Assembly: GCF_947568905.1 (NCBI RefSeq)
Contig: NC_079168.1
Coordinates: 37,572,001 to 37,636,000 of the forward strand
Direction: 5' to 3'
Length of the DNA: 64,000 nucleotides
Source of the DNA: Ostrea edulis
Lineage: Eukaryota
Position 1 is the stretch's first letter, and the number at the start of each line of letters is the position of its first letter. Below, piece after piece: positions 1-14,394 of this stretch. The notes beneath the pieces are model-generated. The model did no database searches. It was given only the letters and a program-made list of their open reading frames with translations, and was not told the DNA's origin. The translations under genes were made by a program, and so were the position numbers.

Positions 1-767
1 TGTTTCCCAATGACCGTTGGCTTGGAAAACAAATCTACCTGTCTGCTATCTACCGATAAGCTATCAGATTGGGGACCAGTCTTGCGTGATGCCTTACGGG
101 GTTGACTTGCAGTCAATGCCGTTAACCATTTAGCTGGCCGATATGTGTTTATCTGTAGAACCGACCAGGACTAACCTTACAGAAAGCGGACTCAAAGAAA
201 ACCCTGTGTCTGATTATGACTTTGTATCCATTTCTTTTGTGATGGATTGCACACTTTGGTTTTGATATTTATATGTTTAGAAGATCTATCTGTAAATTAA
301 AGATATCTGCTCATAAATAATGATTGAAGTTGCTAGATATTCTAGTATTGATGGGAATGAATGAGTCTGTAACAAATGTAACTCCAGTTCATTAAGAGAT
401 GATATTTATTTTTTGATTTTAAAAATGTGAAAAGTTTGTTGATGAAATATAACTTTTTGTGATGTGATAAAAAAAAATGTACCGAATTTTACTATACTTA
501 ATGATGAAAAAATTCATGTACATATTATGTTCCGAAGAGTCATCTATTCTAAATCCATTTTGGGAAATTTATTTTGAACAATATATGCAACTAACAACAG
601 TGACATTGTGTTCAAACTCATTTTTTTTGTGTGCTGATGTACAGCGTTATGTATACATTTGTGTGTATTTTCATGCTGCCCCTCGAGTGCCTTTGATTGG
701 AAATAAAATACGTTCTATGTTCATTCGGAACTGCTTGTGAAAAATATTAGCCATTCTTCATGTAAAC

Positions 768-1077
768 GCCAGAATCCACACGCTACAGCGCTATTCTGTA
801 CGTCAGAATCCACACGCCATAGCGCTATTCTGTACGCCAGAATCCACACGCTATAGCACTATTCTGTACGCCAGAATCCACACGCTATATAGCGCTATTC
901 TGTACGCGTGAATCCACACGCTATAGCGCTATTCTGTACACCAGAATCCACACGCTATAGCGCTACTCTATACGCCAGAATCCACACACTATATAGCGCT
1001 ATTCTGTACGTGTGAATCCACACGCTATAGTGCTATTCTGTACGCCAGAATCCACACGCCATAGCGCTATTTTGTAC
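768..1077. repeat. 34-bp minisatellite, 9 copies (GCCAGAATCCACACGCTATAGCGCTATTCTGTAC)
   Basis: Unit starts at 768, 802, 836, 870, 906, 940, 974, 1010, 1044; two units carry an extra TA. Confidence 0.95.
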
Positions 1078-2044
1078 TTTCAGGACTTATGATTAATACT
1101 TGCTAAAGAAATAGCAGATAAATCTCCCTATGAATTACTGGGTGAGGTCATGGATTATAAATATTGATTGCATACAAGTGTTGCTTGCACAATGTAAAGA
1201 GTACCATCGTAGTTTTTCTACTCATGATTGCTACAGAAATGACAAAAGGAGGAAAAGTTTATTACTGGGTCATTGGTCAAGGTCGCAGGCAGTAATATTT
1301 TTGATACAATTAAGTAATTTGCTCCATACATTGTTGGTGGGAAGGAGAAGATACGTGCTAATGGGTCCAGAGCCTATTCTGAAATTGAGATTTGAGTATG
1401 GTACCCTTTGAATAATGCAATGTTGCGAGGGGTTACCCCGCTTGACGGCGCCCTTGTTACAATGTTTGTCATTATATCAATGTAATGGCAGCATCAGACG
1501 ACTGTAGTTTATATCTAGTACCAATAGTCTTCTGATCATTGGGCGGTTCATTTGTTACTTCTGTGAGTGAAATTATAGAATAATAAACATTTTAGGGGGT
1601 ACATGTCGTTCCACGTTATAGCAATACCCCAGAGAGTGCAGTATATCAGAGTTAAAGGGGATTATATGATTCAAAGAGAATGGCTGAATATGCTGTGAAA
1701 AGAAATGAAAAAATGCTAAGGTCAAATTACAAATGTTCTTTTACATTTTATTGGCAAGCAACTAAATCTATTTAGAATGCTACAACTAATTTGCTAAATA
1801 ATGTATGTAAGCCTTATTAAAAGCGACGTGCACACAAAAGTCGACAAATTAGTTCGTATCTATTCAAACCATACCAACTGCAATGAACAAACACACGGAG
1901 GGAGTGATATGTCCATTATATATTTAACAGATTCAATTTGTTACACAATATTCGTATATTTACTGAAATTTAGAAGTTCAGTTTCTAATTTTTTATATTG
2001 TTGAGTGGTTAGCAGGTTGGAATCGATGTGATGTTATGACGTCA

Positions 2045-2225
2045 AAAGTGACCTTTTGCAATCTACCTTTTGTTCGTCGTCCGACGTGCGTCAACACTTG
2101 AAAATTTTCTACTTCTCAAATACTAATGGACCAATGTTTTGCCTATTCAGTATGCAGCATAGATCTTTGGGATAAGGAAAGCAAAATTTCTTGGTCACAT
2201 GTGACTGAGGGGTGGGGCCAAAAGT
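2045..2225 (+). mobile_element. Decayed fragment of an oyster Helentron/Helitron-N-like non-autonomous element
   Basis: Sequence ttgttcgtcgtccgacg...aaaattttctacttctcaaatactaatggaccaat...gcatagatctttggg...gggtggggcc resembles the left part of common oyster Helentron-associated elements; recalled similarity only. Confidence 0.35.
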
Positions 2226-2699
2226 TAAAAAGAAAAAAACCACGATGATATCATTGCAGTTTTTTCGATGACACCATCCAAAATGTCACAATGAACAAAG
2301 GATCCCTAGGTGATGGATTCGTGTGCTGGGACGAGGCTTTGTGTGGTGCTTGTAGTGCAAAGTTATTGTTCCTATAGAAAACCTAAATTGAGTACATGTA
2401 CATAGTTAAAATTATGAAATGCATGCATGGTCCCAGCTGGTTTAATGACTTTGGCATCAGGGTACAGTGTAGGATTTACGAGTCGTATACATGTAGTAAA
2501 TATGTATCGTTTATTTAGAATTCTTCTCATGTTCTGGGCGTCAGACAAGTAACTGAGAGCATATCAATAATTAGCAGGAAGGCTTAAAAAACCTCCTATG
2601 TCTGTGTGTTCAGGTCTCCATGTTTGATGATGTGGACTGCGTATAGTACTGAATATCTAGGAAACAAATTAAGTACATTGTTATAATTCCACGAACAAA

Positions 2700-3095
2700 G
2701 TTCCTACTTAGAAATCACAAAATGTATATGTTGTCTATCCGTCCGTCCGTCCGTCTGTATGTCTCAGTCTTTTATCCTACTTTGTGTCTGGTGCACAGAT
2801 TTATAACGGTGATACATTAAAAGCTCATTCTTTGCGCAAAGGTTGCTTCTGATCAACAATGTGTTATATCCCAGAATCAAAATAATTTGGACAACGTCAC
2901 CTGTAAAATAAAAGTTATTGATATCTGTCTGATCTACAACTTTGTAATGAAGTGGCATTTGAATCTCACAATTAACTAAGAGATATTTCAGTGCCTTGAC
3001 CCTGAATCAAAGGTCCATTAGCCAAGTCTTTGTTCCGGGGGGTAGGGAGTAGAAACATTTCCCTGCACTAAAACTTTGTAGTGCAGGGATATTAA
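2700..3095 (+). mobile_element. Pearl/HINE-like non-autonomous element remnant with (GTCC)n microsatellite and terminal hairpin
   Basis: (TCCG)4 at 2738-2753. Perfect 11-bp stem TCCCTGCACTA/TAGTGCAGGGA with an 8-nt loop at 3060-3089, followed by an AT-rich tract. The family-typical tgacc/ggtca motifs occur nearby. Confidence 0.5.
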
Positions 3096-3457
3096 AATAA
3101 CAAAGTTTGATAATTACAAATCAGTATATCATGACCTTGAGTTAAGGCCAACTGGCCAATGTCAAGATGTGTAATAAATATGCAGAAAATATTTGTTTCG
3201 GGCTATAACTTAATGGAGCCTAATAAAACTCATTTTGGGAACAAAAATATATGCTTTTGACCAAACAGTGTGTTCTTATCATTCTGCCAAGATCAAGGTC
3301 ACTGAATCCAACAAGATGCATTCATTGTACCATCAATATGCAACTCCTCTTTGAATATGGCGAGTGTTGTGTGATACTTGTACTTAGGTAACTGTTAGGA
3401 TTTATACAACTCCTTTTCTAAACACATGCGGTATGTTGAATTACAAATCGTGCTCTT

Positions 3458-3560
3458 TGTGAAGCCTATTGAGCTTATTTTCGCAGGGAAAAAATAGTTT
3501 TCGCGGAATATTGATGCGAAACTTTCGCATATTAACACGGAAATTATTATAAAAGCAATG
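3458..3560 (+). mobile_element. Decayed terminal fragment of the TA-flanked MITE family seen at 13414-14393
   Basis: gaagcctattgagcttattttcgcaggg...gcgaaactttcgc matches that element's TIR (gaaagcccattaagcttattttcgtagctg...cgcgaaactttcgcg). Confidence 0.5.
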
Positions 3561-6161
3561 TTAATGGCGAGACCACTATCAAGTTTCTTGACTCTTTTTT
3601 GATAAGTGCATGCCTCCTACGATTTATTCGTCAATATCTTCTTCTTCTTTTTACGATTTTGAAAGCCTGGACGTTTCATGATACGCCGGTCGTTTACTGC
3701 ATTGTTTGTAGATCTATAGCTCAACCTTATCATCAAACTCCTTTGTAAATTGTTTTTTGTGATATAAAACAAAGATTTTTTTTTTTTCATCTTCGATATC
3801 ATCAAGAAAATCGTTTCAGCGAAATTATGTGTTCATGACATGTCATTTATATACGTGCATCAAAATGTTAGCTAGATATAGAATACCCGCGCAATCATAT
3901 TTAGTATGAATTTATTCCTATTTCTACACCTCTTTAGAATCTAATCACGATAGTCTTAACTTCGTCTGATCTTGCATACAAACAAAACTGAGAGTACTGG
4001 TCTGTGTCGTCAGCCGAGTAAATGTAAGTTGTGTATCGCCCCTACGTCCACAAAACTAATTTAACAATCTCAAACTAGTTTATTTCTCCACCCCCAACTT
4101 TTGATTATTATTTAACTTTACAACCTATGAAAGTGAGTGTAAATTGGTGTTTCAAACACACTATACAGACCCGTAGCTAGCAGTAAATTTTGATTTATGG
4201 AGAAGACATTTTATAGGCTTATAACCTGCTGCCCAATCCCTTTCTATAGTGAATGACATATTTATAAACTAAATGCTAAGTTGTGTAATTGAGGGAGGTT
4301 ACTGCCTCCGCCTCCAGTGTTCTAACGATTCTATGTTGATTTATTAATAATAATTTCATCAGCAATAATAAAAAAGCTTAAAATTTCAATATTTGAAAGG
4401 TCTGGCTTGAACTGACATTTCATTTAGTACACTAGAAATAGAACACTTTGTTTTATTACACAAAACCCCTTTTTCTCCTATACGAAGAGCAGCTTAAATA
4501 GGATTTTGTAGTTCCTGATATTTAAAAAAAAATATTTACATTTCCAATGTTTTTGACTTTAACCTCATAAACGCGTTCCAGTTTTAAACAATGCGCGTAT
4601 GAATCTTGACAAATACAGTGCATCTATATTTCGACAAAAATGAACGTAGAATGTAAATATAAGAAACAAACTTCATTTTTTTTTTTTTAAGTACACAAAT
4701 ATCCCGGCGTAAAGCGTCGCAATTCATACTCTTATGTACATGTATTTTTAAAATTGAAACGAAAGGGTGGTTGTCATTTTTTTTTTTACCAATATACAAG
4801 GTATCCAGTCACCCCAAACGATAATCCACTGAGACGGGTTCATTATGTCACCTCATTGTCCTCCAAGAGACGTCTGCCATCTTGTGACTCTAATTTGCAT
4901 ATTTCTCAGAATGATCATGAGAATGAAATTATTTAACACATCATTTTTATTCTGCAGACAGGTATAATTAATTAACGTACTTGAATATGAATGGAGTAAG
5001 GAGATGATATTTATCATATGAATATTTCTTACGTTTGAAAAATGTCTTTTTCAAATGAAATCTTCCAGTCAGACCAAATTATGGTTACCAAGAGATACAG
5101 AGTGAATTTAAAGGTCACCTGGTATATGACCACATAGAGAACGACCACAGTACCGACAGCGTTTAGCATGGTAAGTGTCATGGCATGTGATAGCCCAAAA
5201 TTTGCCATCAAATGGTCAACATATTTTTGACATCGACCTCTGATCTGATGAGCAACATACCATGACATATCGACCCGAATCAAGCTGCCATACTTGACCT
5301 TTGAATAAGGAATGCTATAAATTAAAGCCAAATACAAAAAATGGTTTAATGACCAATAATTTGATATTTCAGACCCTTTAAATTGTCCGCATGTAGTCTT
5401 GGAATAATGGCGAGAAGCAATTTACGATCTACTTTCGCACGAGAAAATGAACGTTCTACAATATCTTGGAAATGAACCATGAGTTTAACTTTCTCATTTA
5501 TGATTTTTTTGAATGACTGGAAATATTTTATCACCCCCCTAAATCTTAATCTTGTATCAATCAGACTCGACGGATTATTATTTTCAAGTGGGTATAGAAT
5601 TTCTGTCCAGATCACTGGAATTATCGATATAGATATTCCCGTGTAACTAGCGTTTCAATACATTAAGACATGTGGAACTACTTCTTTCGGAAAGGAACGA
5701 AGTCCATGTCAGTTTAAGATGTGAATTTCATGGCCAGAGTTTACATGCTTGACACCTCTTCCTCGGCTCTGAAAGTCAGAAAAGACAATCTCCAGATACA
5801 CCGTGAGTCTAAGCAGGCTTATCCTCGTTAATTTTCTCAGGATAAAAATTATCTTCACATCAATAAACAATACGTTGGTCAACAACCGTTCAATATTCTG
5901 CTATTACAGGTTACGGTTTCTTTTTTGGAAACCCTTGAGAAAAAGTTTGCGATTTCTTTGATTAGGTTCCCCACAAAACCACTGAAGTCGGTAATCCTGA
6001 TGATAAGTTGTATATATGCAATGAGATACCACATTCAAACAAAGAACACCATCAGCCAAACAAGTTGTTCTATATACAGGGAAATCTAGTCTGCTTCACT
6101 TTTTGTCAAAACAATTTGGTCCCTCCTATTTCTTCAGATAAATAATCTATCTTTACAACAT

Positions 6162-6163
<2 letters not shown>

Positions 6164-6196
<33 letters not shown>
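6164..6196. repeat. (GA)n microsatellite
   Basis: Direct reading, about 16 units. Confidence 0.97.
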
Positions 6197-6199
<3 letters not shown>

Positions 6200-7220
6200 C
6201 ATTGTCTATTACCTCTGCAGACATCCCCCTGTATTTGATCTATCGTTTGATCATCTAAACTTGAAGTTTTATGTTCATTATTACGTATTTTCTATTTTCA
6301 AAAATTTAATATAGAAAATATCAAAAACTTCCGTTTTTATATCCGTCGCATTTTTGTTGCTAAATAAAATTTACGAATTTCGTAGTTTTATTTTATCTAC
6401 GTGTGTGTCTTGGTTTTTGAGATTTGCGCTGTTACACGGCAAATGGTGTAAAAATAAATGGGAATTGTCTAAAAATTTCGAATGTTATCAACTGGATGAG
6501 AGGCCTTATCACTAAGGATGGCCAGAGTGTTTTACCCAATTAATTTTACTAGCGGGCCACCCGTTCAACCCCCATGCTATAACTCATCATGTATTTGGGA
6601 TACTTTTATTCATATAAATATTTATCTCAAATATTAGATACCACTGAAATCCGCGGATATCAATTTAACATTGTATATTTACAAATTGAAGATTTATAGA
6701 AGCAATAGACCGCTTGAAGTGACAATGAAATCGGATGAAGAATGCGCGCCTGCGCTGATAGACAAACATAGAAGGATGACTATAATCGCTTGATAACAAA
6801 ATAAATCTTTACTCACAAAGGGGGAAAATTGCTCCCCAAGAAGGACACAGTCTTTGAAAATCCCCTTAAAATGCCCAAATCCCCCCAACTATACATTCTT
6901 AAAACAAAACAAAACAAACAAAACCGAAAGACAAAAACAAAAGCGCCATGCAAGTCGGCTGTCGTGTATAATTTATTTTAACAAATTTCCACGAAATCGT
7001 TTCGCATGCAGACACGTTTCAATTGAAAAAGAAAAAGAAATACGCATGCATTTTTGGGGAAAATGTTACGAAGAATAATAAGGCCCATACTATATACATT
7101 CATGTGTGCCATAATGTCATAGTTATTTTTTCTGTCTGGGTACATGTACGTATGTCTTCCGTATATGAGAGGAAAATCTACCATTTCAAATTCTAAGTAT
7201 TGCAATCAATAACACTTATC

Positions 7221-7223
<3 letters not shown>

Positions 7224-7276
<53 letters not shown>
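7224..7276. repeat. (TC)n microsatellite
   Basis: Direct reading, about 26 units. Confidence 0.97.
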
Positions 7277-7279
<3 letters not shown>

Positions 7280-9130
7280 CGTATTTCTTTTGGCTGGTTG
7301 GCAGATTTTCATTTTCACTTTTTTTTTACCTGACGTAACACAGAAAAAACAACTCTATCATGATCTTATGATCTATTCGAATGTTAGAAATCAAAAAATT
7401 GGCAGCGAAGAATTATGTATGTTCAGTCGCAGGTAATTAAAATAAATCATTTTAAAGGAAATCAGAAACTGTGTATGCAAATCGTTGATTAACGACTTCA
7501 TTATTGATCATTTCGATCAGCTGATAACACTCTGACCACAACGAATAATCTTTTCTTCTCTTCTTTTACATAAAATAGAGATTTGGTATTTTTTCCGGCA
7601 TTTTTTGGGGCGAAACCGAATTTCAACAGTTATAATTAAGGCAATCAAGTAAAATTGGCGGACATACGGTGTCAGCCCGAGTAGTTTCGGCGTTAATTAT
7701 AACGCAGGTTCAAACGCGAATCGCTTGAACTTCTGAACCCGTCATGTTGAGCAGTATTATATAGAGACAATAACATATTTATACAGGGATTTCTGTTGAA
7801 AGGTTGAAAAAAAAAACTAGAAAAGTATATATCACAGCCTTGAACAATCTCAAGTTACATTATGTGAATCTATGAAAACACAATTATTTTATTGAAGTAT
7901 TGACAAAACTGCTGTCAGGCTTGCTTCCCCGCCGGTGTCGTTATTCTTTATCAATTTTTCTTTTCAGTAAAAAATATAAAAGAATCAATCACAGCCTTGA
8001 ACTTCTGACTGTTGATTGCTTTATTTCTTGGTGTATTTTCTTACGAACGAATGACAACAAAAATCGCTATTTTTGTGTCCATCATTCAGAAAACATTCAA
8101 ACAGTATACTTGGGTATGCAAGAAATTACTAAGATCTATATTAAAGTCTAAATTTTAAATTCATTATGGCTGTTACAATATTGGATTTGTAATATCCCAG
8201 ATTTGTCGTTTTTTGTATACATGTTTTGAATTTGCATGCTTTGTTTGTGTATAGTTTTACCTCCCATTCGAGAATTATTCACTGAAATGAAATTTTACAA
8301 TATGATATTAGGTTGATTTAAACCCTAACAATAAATACCACGTATGACATTAGAGATACGGCATGGTTGGCGTCTTCAGGAGTTCGAGTTTGTTTTATTT
8401 ATATATTTTCAGCGCTGTAAGGCAATATATCCTTCATACAAAATAAAACAACAGCCTTGATCTTTTTTTCTAAGAATAATTAATTGTAACAAAATTTCAA
8501 TCTTTATCAGACACGTTCTATGTGCGTTTGGTATATGTGGCGGGGAAAATTCAAAGGCAGTTTAATAAATCATAAGTCATCGATCAAGAAATGCAAAAAT
8601 TGGTCTTCAATGTTGACATATAAACCTGAAAATTTAGACGACCTTTTGTGGTGACGGGCAATTGTTGATGTCCGATACGTTAAAATGGCCTTCCCTTGAA
8701 CCCTGGAAAATTTAATATTTCTTTGAAAAATGTATATGAATGGAAAACGGATATAGATTTGCACTTTTTTGTGGCGATCCGATAGTATCGCGCTCTAGGC
8801 TTTGCCGCTTCAGTTGCCTGGCCTTACAAACGCAGTCCGAGATCAATGAGAGGGATTTGATCTTTTCTACATGCCGTGCGTTTTACCTGTATATAGAGAA
8901 CAAGAACATGCATTAATAATAATGATCGCCTTTCTGAATTTTTTTGCCCTTACACTGTTGCCTGTTGCATACAAGAGACACGTTTACATCGATCCAATAT
9001 ACAATGTAAATCTATTCCGGATTCTTCGCCTCACGTGAGCTCATGATCTCGATATAACTACTTGTTTATGAGGAGAAAGTGTTTTGTGCACGAATAAATA
9101 CAAACTGAACATTTCTGTAAAATGCACATA

Positions 9131-9301
9131 CTGTAAATCGCTTTATTTGCGAGAACTTCACTATTGCAGAAAGTTTACGGGGCCATCTTGACTCGAGAAT
9201 AAGCTTTTCGTAAACAAAGTTATAACTAGTAGTGTTGAATAAATTGAGTGTTCGCGAAACATCGCGGAAATAAAGTCCCGTGAAATAGAAGTGATATACA
9301 T
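9131..9301. mobile_element. About 170-bp MITE with TA flanks (Tc1/mariner-type)
   Basis: TA|CTGTAAATCGCTTTATTTGCG ... CGCGGAAATAAAG...GATATACAT|TA: imperfect TIRs bounded by TA. Confidence 0.55.
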
Positions 9302-11258
9302 TATAGTCTGTAGCGATAGCCATTTCCGGTCTTTGGGCAGATGATCATCTCCTATTAAACAGAATACATGCCAAGGTTCAATGTCAAAGATACTATACGG
9401 CTTCTACGGTCGTCCGTTTAAGACATCATTTTCACGGTACAAAGACAATGTTCTGACTTCAGTCACACTTAGAGCTTAGTACTTAAAGACACGAAGATGG
9501 GCAAATCAGATGAGTGTCACTAGCGCAAGGTCGCCCAACATCGATACCCGAAACCTTCTCACGCTTGACCAAATGTTGACAAGCACTGACCTGAGTCGAT
9601 TGAAAATTTTATCATTTTCGATCGCATGGCGTCAAAAAAAACTTTCGGGCTTTTGTTAAAACGACTTCAATTTCAAAATATAAATAACACAAATATCCTC
9701 TCCTTTGTGTATCAGATTCTGAGATTGAGAGGTCGCTCAAGCCAGCGCCTAGAATTGTAGATGCTCTCTAATGCATTATTCAATTTTTCGTGTGGAGAGG
9801 GTCATGGAAAGTTCACTTCTATCATAATTACAAAGTCTACTGCATAAGCACAAAACACACACCGTGGTCGTGTTGACTTGACCATATTATAGTTATAAAA
9901 AATAGCTCCCCCTTCTTTTACGCTTCACCGCACAACATCAGCTGCTGCCAATTTTAATCCGGCAGTCTTCCGTATTCCCCAGCACATTATCCCTTTTATA
10001 AAATTCCAGAGCGTATTATATGGGTATGTACATATATTGGTATATTATCATCGCCCACAAATCGGAGCAATATATATACGTTCTGATCACATTATGCAGA
10101 TTGTAATGTACAATTGTTGGTTTGACTGCAATGAGACACAAGACGACCATTGGTACTGAAAACCGACCTTTTCCATACAAAGTAACATGAGAGAAGTTTT
10201 TAGATTATAAAACTGATCGGGCACCTGCCTGTATCCATATTCACATACCAGAACATGGCAACTTTTAACTAAACCATCCTCTATTTGAGTTGGCCGTAAT
10301 CAAGTTTTCAATTCACAGATTTTTCAATGAACATGCACACCCGTGCCTTGTAACCACAAAACATACCAGATGGAAGTACTACAGTACTCCGTGTACTGTC
10401 CAAGGCGTGTCTGCTGACACGGTATCAGAAAACGCAATTGGATCTGCCACAGACTCCACAGGTAAAACCACCGAGGAAGGATCACCAAGTCTACCTGAGT
10501 TCATTTCCTGAACCGCGTTCCCGGACACGATATTTCGAAAACCGAATCCATATCGCGTCAAGTGAGACCCAATACCACAACTGCATGATAAAACGATAGA
10601 ATTTCTTATGAAATTTGTATGACATGTATTTCGTGGTAAAGAATCTGAAGCTTGGGATATGTGTCGAGTTTAACGCATGTACTATTAGTGGCGTTACAAA
10701 TGCTTGTTTCTTCTGGGGAAATAACACGTGATCAGAATGATTTTTGCAACTTCTTCTATAATGAAATTAGGCAATTTTCAAATTAGATGTAACGTCTTCT
10801 GTTTTGTATAATGTGCACCGAATACAAAATCAACATCATCTGCATGTTAAAATTTGGGACTGGTGTAATATTTCTACATGCACTTTCATTAATTTATAAA
10901 GTTCCATGTGTATTTCATAATTTAGAAATTTCGTGATACGTTAATTTGAAAGTATGGGTGCTAACAGCATATCTAAAATACATGGAGCCGAGCAGTATTG
11001 ATAAGTAAAACTTTTGGCCCCAATCTGTCGCTAAATCTCATAACCCCAAAACCAGGGAAATACTGAGGGAATATTCCATCCTTAAAACAACAAAGGAAAA
11101 ATTAGTTTCTACTCATCCATGTGCATACACGTTCGTCTGGTTTTTTGGGGTTCATTGGACGAGAATAATATCTTAGGATAGTTTGTGTGCGGTGAAAGAT
11201 TCAAGCCATGATCATTTAAACTTATTGCCGTAAATGATTTCAATGTTTTAGGTTCTCA

Positions 11259-11393
11259 NNNNNNNNNNNNNNNNNNNNNNNNNNNNNNNNNNNNNNNNNN
11301 NNNNNNNNNNNNNNNNNNNNNNNNNNNNNNNNNNNNNNNNNNNNNNNNNNNNNNNNNNNNNNNNNNNNNNNNNNNNNNNNNNNNNNNNNNNNN
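11259..11393. other. Assembly gap (135 N)
   Basis: Run of N. Confidence 1.
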
Positions 11394-13413
11394 CGTCCAA
11401 CGTCAATTCCGCGAGAAACTAGGAGAGCACGTGATGACCCTTGAATTCGATCTACTCCTCCAGTAGGGATGGTGAGGATATCTGGTATACAAAAAATGAG
11501 GGATAGAAATTCCTGCAGTATGACAAAACAACGAATTTTTATCTGTGGTCAATTTTCTGTCCACCAAGAAATAACACTGGGAACGTTTTTTTCACAATTT
11601 TTTTTTTATATATATATATTTAAAATCTAAGTAGGGCGCATTTGAAAATATATATAATATATATAAATCTTTTGAAACCAAAATATGGAGTACAACATTT
11701 AGACACCGCTCTTTCTGCGTTTGGGAATGTTCTCGTAACTCATAAACATGAAATGATACCGTTATTCGTAAGTTTGTATGTCATGTCCTTGAAAAAGTTT
11801 TCATAAAATTTCCATTGAAAGCGTGTGCATAAAAGACAACAATAGATGTCGATGAAATGTATACTGCGTCAAATTGATACATAATATGGATATACTAATA
11901 TACTAAACGGAGGATTTATTGAAAATCTGATATACTTATATTTTAATCATGTCGCCGCTATTCGCGGGACGTAAAAGGGAGGATAAGAAACAGGGCGTGC
12001 TTTACAAATACAAGATGGAGGACCAAAGTTAACAGCTTCTCGAATATCGGTCCGACACGTTAATGGTTACATAAAAAATTCAAGTAAAATTGAGTATTAG
12101 GCTTCTGTCCCTATTAGTGACATCAAACAGAGAGAGCAGTACAAAATATCATTATCGATCAAATATTTATTATGTTAGTAAGAAACAACGTGATCAAATG
12201 TACGGGAGTGCGCAATGACGGAGATTGCACATAGATAAAGCCTTTAAATAGTTCCCAGCGCAAGCTGTGACTTACAATACAATACAATTTATAATTTTAA
12301 ATAAAGGGCCACAATATACACACCAAAACAGAATTAATTGTAAAGTACTTCTTTACGATAACAAGTAGTTTTACGACACTGCTGTGCTCGGCGGAAAACA
12401 CAACATTCTAGGCCCAGTACCGATCTCTTTTATGTAGAGTATATAAAAATGACTATCTTTGTAGGAAATCTAACAATTAACTTTGTGTTGTAATCCTTGC
12501 CAATCAGACACAATGTCCCTCCTCGAGTGACTTCACACATGGAGCTGTTGAGTTTCCACGCGCGTTGTGGTGGGTCAGTGATTACGTAGATAGACAGTAG
12601 TAATATCGCTAATAATGACAAACGGATTGTATCTTGTCGTATGTGATATCTTAGTTCACCTGGTGCAATACTTCAAATTATGCAATATTGCTCAATTATG
12701 GAGGAATATAGATATAGCTAACAGCAGGTGGCTGCTGGGATTCTAGATACTGCCTGTCTCTATTTGGTGCACTTTGAAGTTATTGAAATTTACATTGCTG
12801 CATGTAGGGATCAAGAAAGTTAAACGCCGCTTTCACTTCCGTTCGATTCAATTGACTTCCGTCGTAGCCCTGGTCCACTTTTCGACAATTTTTTTTTATT
12901 TCTTTCAAATATCAAATATATATTGATTTTAAAGTGTAATCTTAAGGAAATCCAATGTTAATTACTAAAATGAAAATTTGATTACACCCTTTAATTGATA
13001 GATGAAATTCATAGAGTTTAGCCATTGGATTACTCTAATTAAATATTTTATAACAAAATAAGAACGTTTTTGGTAATATTCAGGGTGCGTTGTTCTACTG
13101 TAATTTTCAATATATTTCTTTTTCTGTTTGCTAAAACACGATTTTCTACTGACACACTTCCAAAATCGTACAAATCATGATCATATTCATCTATTTACAA
13201 TTCTAAAAAAGCAATAATGATAATAAAAACAAACTAGAACAACTACAAAAAGGTAAAATAAAGAAATAAAAACTGCCACCACAGTGTGATATGTGGTTGA
13301 AAATTCTCTTATCACCCTGTATTCAAAATGGCTTTCATAAACAATGAGGAGGGGAGTTCCTATATAGAAAAAATCCGGTTCCCTTATATCTTTATCATAG
13401 AAAGGTGTATTCA

Positions 13414-14393
13414 TACGAAAGCATTGAGTTCCTTTTCGTAGCTGAAAAAAAAAATTGCGAATAAATGCGTAACTTTCGCGTTATAACGCGACAATTTTAC
13501 AATAGAAAGTGTAGATTTTGCTTATAAACACGAATTTATGGATTGAATGCGCTCAATATAATAAAGTAGCATGAACTAATTTGTTCATTGCAATGAAGGA
13601 AATAACGATAGACTTGTCCACCTGTACTTTGTAATGTTGTATATGCATATCTCTTGATATAATCTGACTGCTTTAAGAAGATCATCTTAATTGACCTTTA
13701 ATTCTGTTGTACATATTTTGTGTTATTAGTTGTTACATAGGAGAGGTCTTTCTAGACAATAAATTATGTTAAAACCAAACGAAAATTATACAAAGGTTTG
13801 TTACAACTGTTGCTGTGAGAATTCTATGGGTTTTTCCAAAAGATGACAGCCAAGGGTCATAATCTTTAATTATATTCTGTCATAACTGACCTTTGACCTA
13901 TGGAGAGGGCTTATATCGGCATCGTACCTGCTGCCTAATCCTATTTATATATGTATTTTCTATATATACATTTCAATGGGCGAAATTTTATACCCTCGTA
14001 TTAAAAGCTGTTGTTAGATAAGCAACACTCGCTGGTATTAATCAATTATGAATATGAATTCTACTTAATTTGCATTCAATGAAACTATAATAGCGTATAT
14101 ACCAAAAATTCTGAAATATGCGTGTGTAAAATGTAGGCGTGTTAGCGTGTGCATGTAGTTCTTTACTTAAAGGATACTTTTAAATGCATAAGCATCAGTC
14201 TTCGTTCATTGTACTAATCACGGGTTCCTGTTATTTACATAACTAGATTTATATAGAATATTTCTCGTTATAACGCCAAAAATACGCGTTTATTCGCTTA
14301 TAACGCCAAAAATATTCGTGTTATTCGCGAAAGTTTCGCGTTATAACGCGAAAAAAATTTCAGCTACGAAAATAAGCTTAATGGGCTTTCGTA
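13414..14393. mobile_element. About 980-bp TIR element (MITE) with TA TSD and palindromic subterminal repeats
   Basis: Left TACGAAAGCATTGAGTTCCTTTTCGTAGCTGAAA; reverse complement of right end TACGAAAGCCCATTAAGCTTATTTTCGTAGCTGAAA. The palindrome CGCGTTATAACGCG occurs at 13477-13490 and 14337-14350, with further partial copies at 14266-14310. Confidence 0.8.
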
Positions 14394-14394
14394 T

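Noticed and set aside
1-340. Possible 3' end of a retroelement at the window start
   Set aside because: It looks repeat-like but has no second copy, TSD or recognisable protein motif here, so it cannot be supported.
5730-5940. Possible two-exon structure (GTGAGT donor near 5802, acceptor near 5908)
   Set aside because: The spliced frame stops after about 9 codons and nothing is recognisable.
6164-7276. (GA)n and (TC)n tracts as inverted termini of an element
   Set aside because: Simple microsatellites in opposite orientation; the flanks show no further inverted homology or TSD.
10290-10511. 73-aa ORF with AG/GT-bounded internal segment
   Set aside because: No recognisable domain and no partner exons; within chance expectation.
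11423-11438. AAACTAGGAGAGCAC shared with about 32210
   Set aside because: One or two 15-bp matches are expected by chance in 64 kb, and the flanks do not align.
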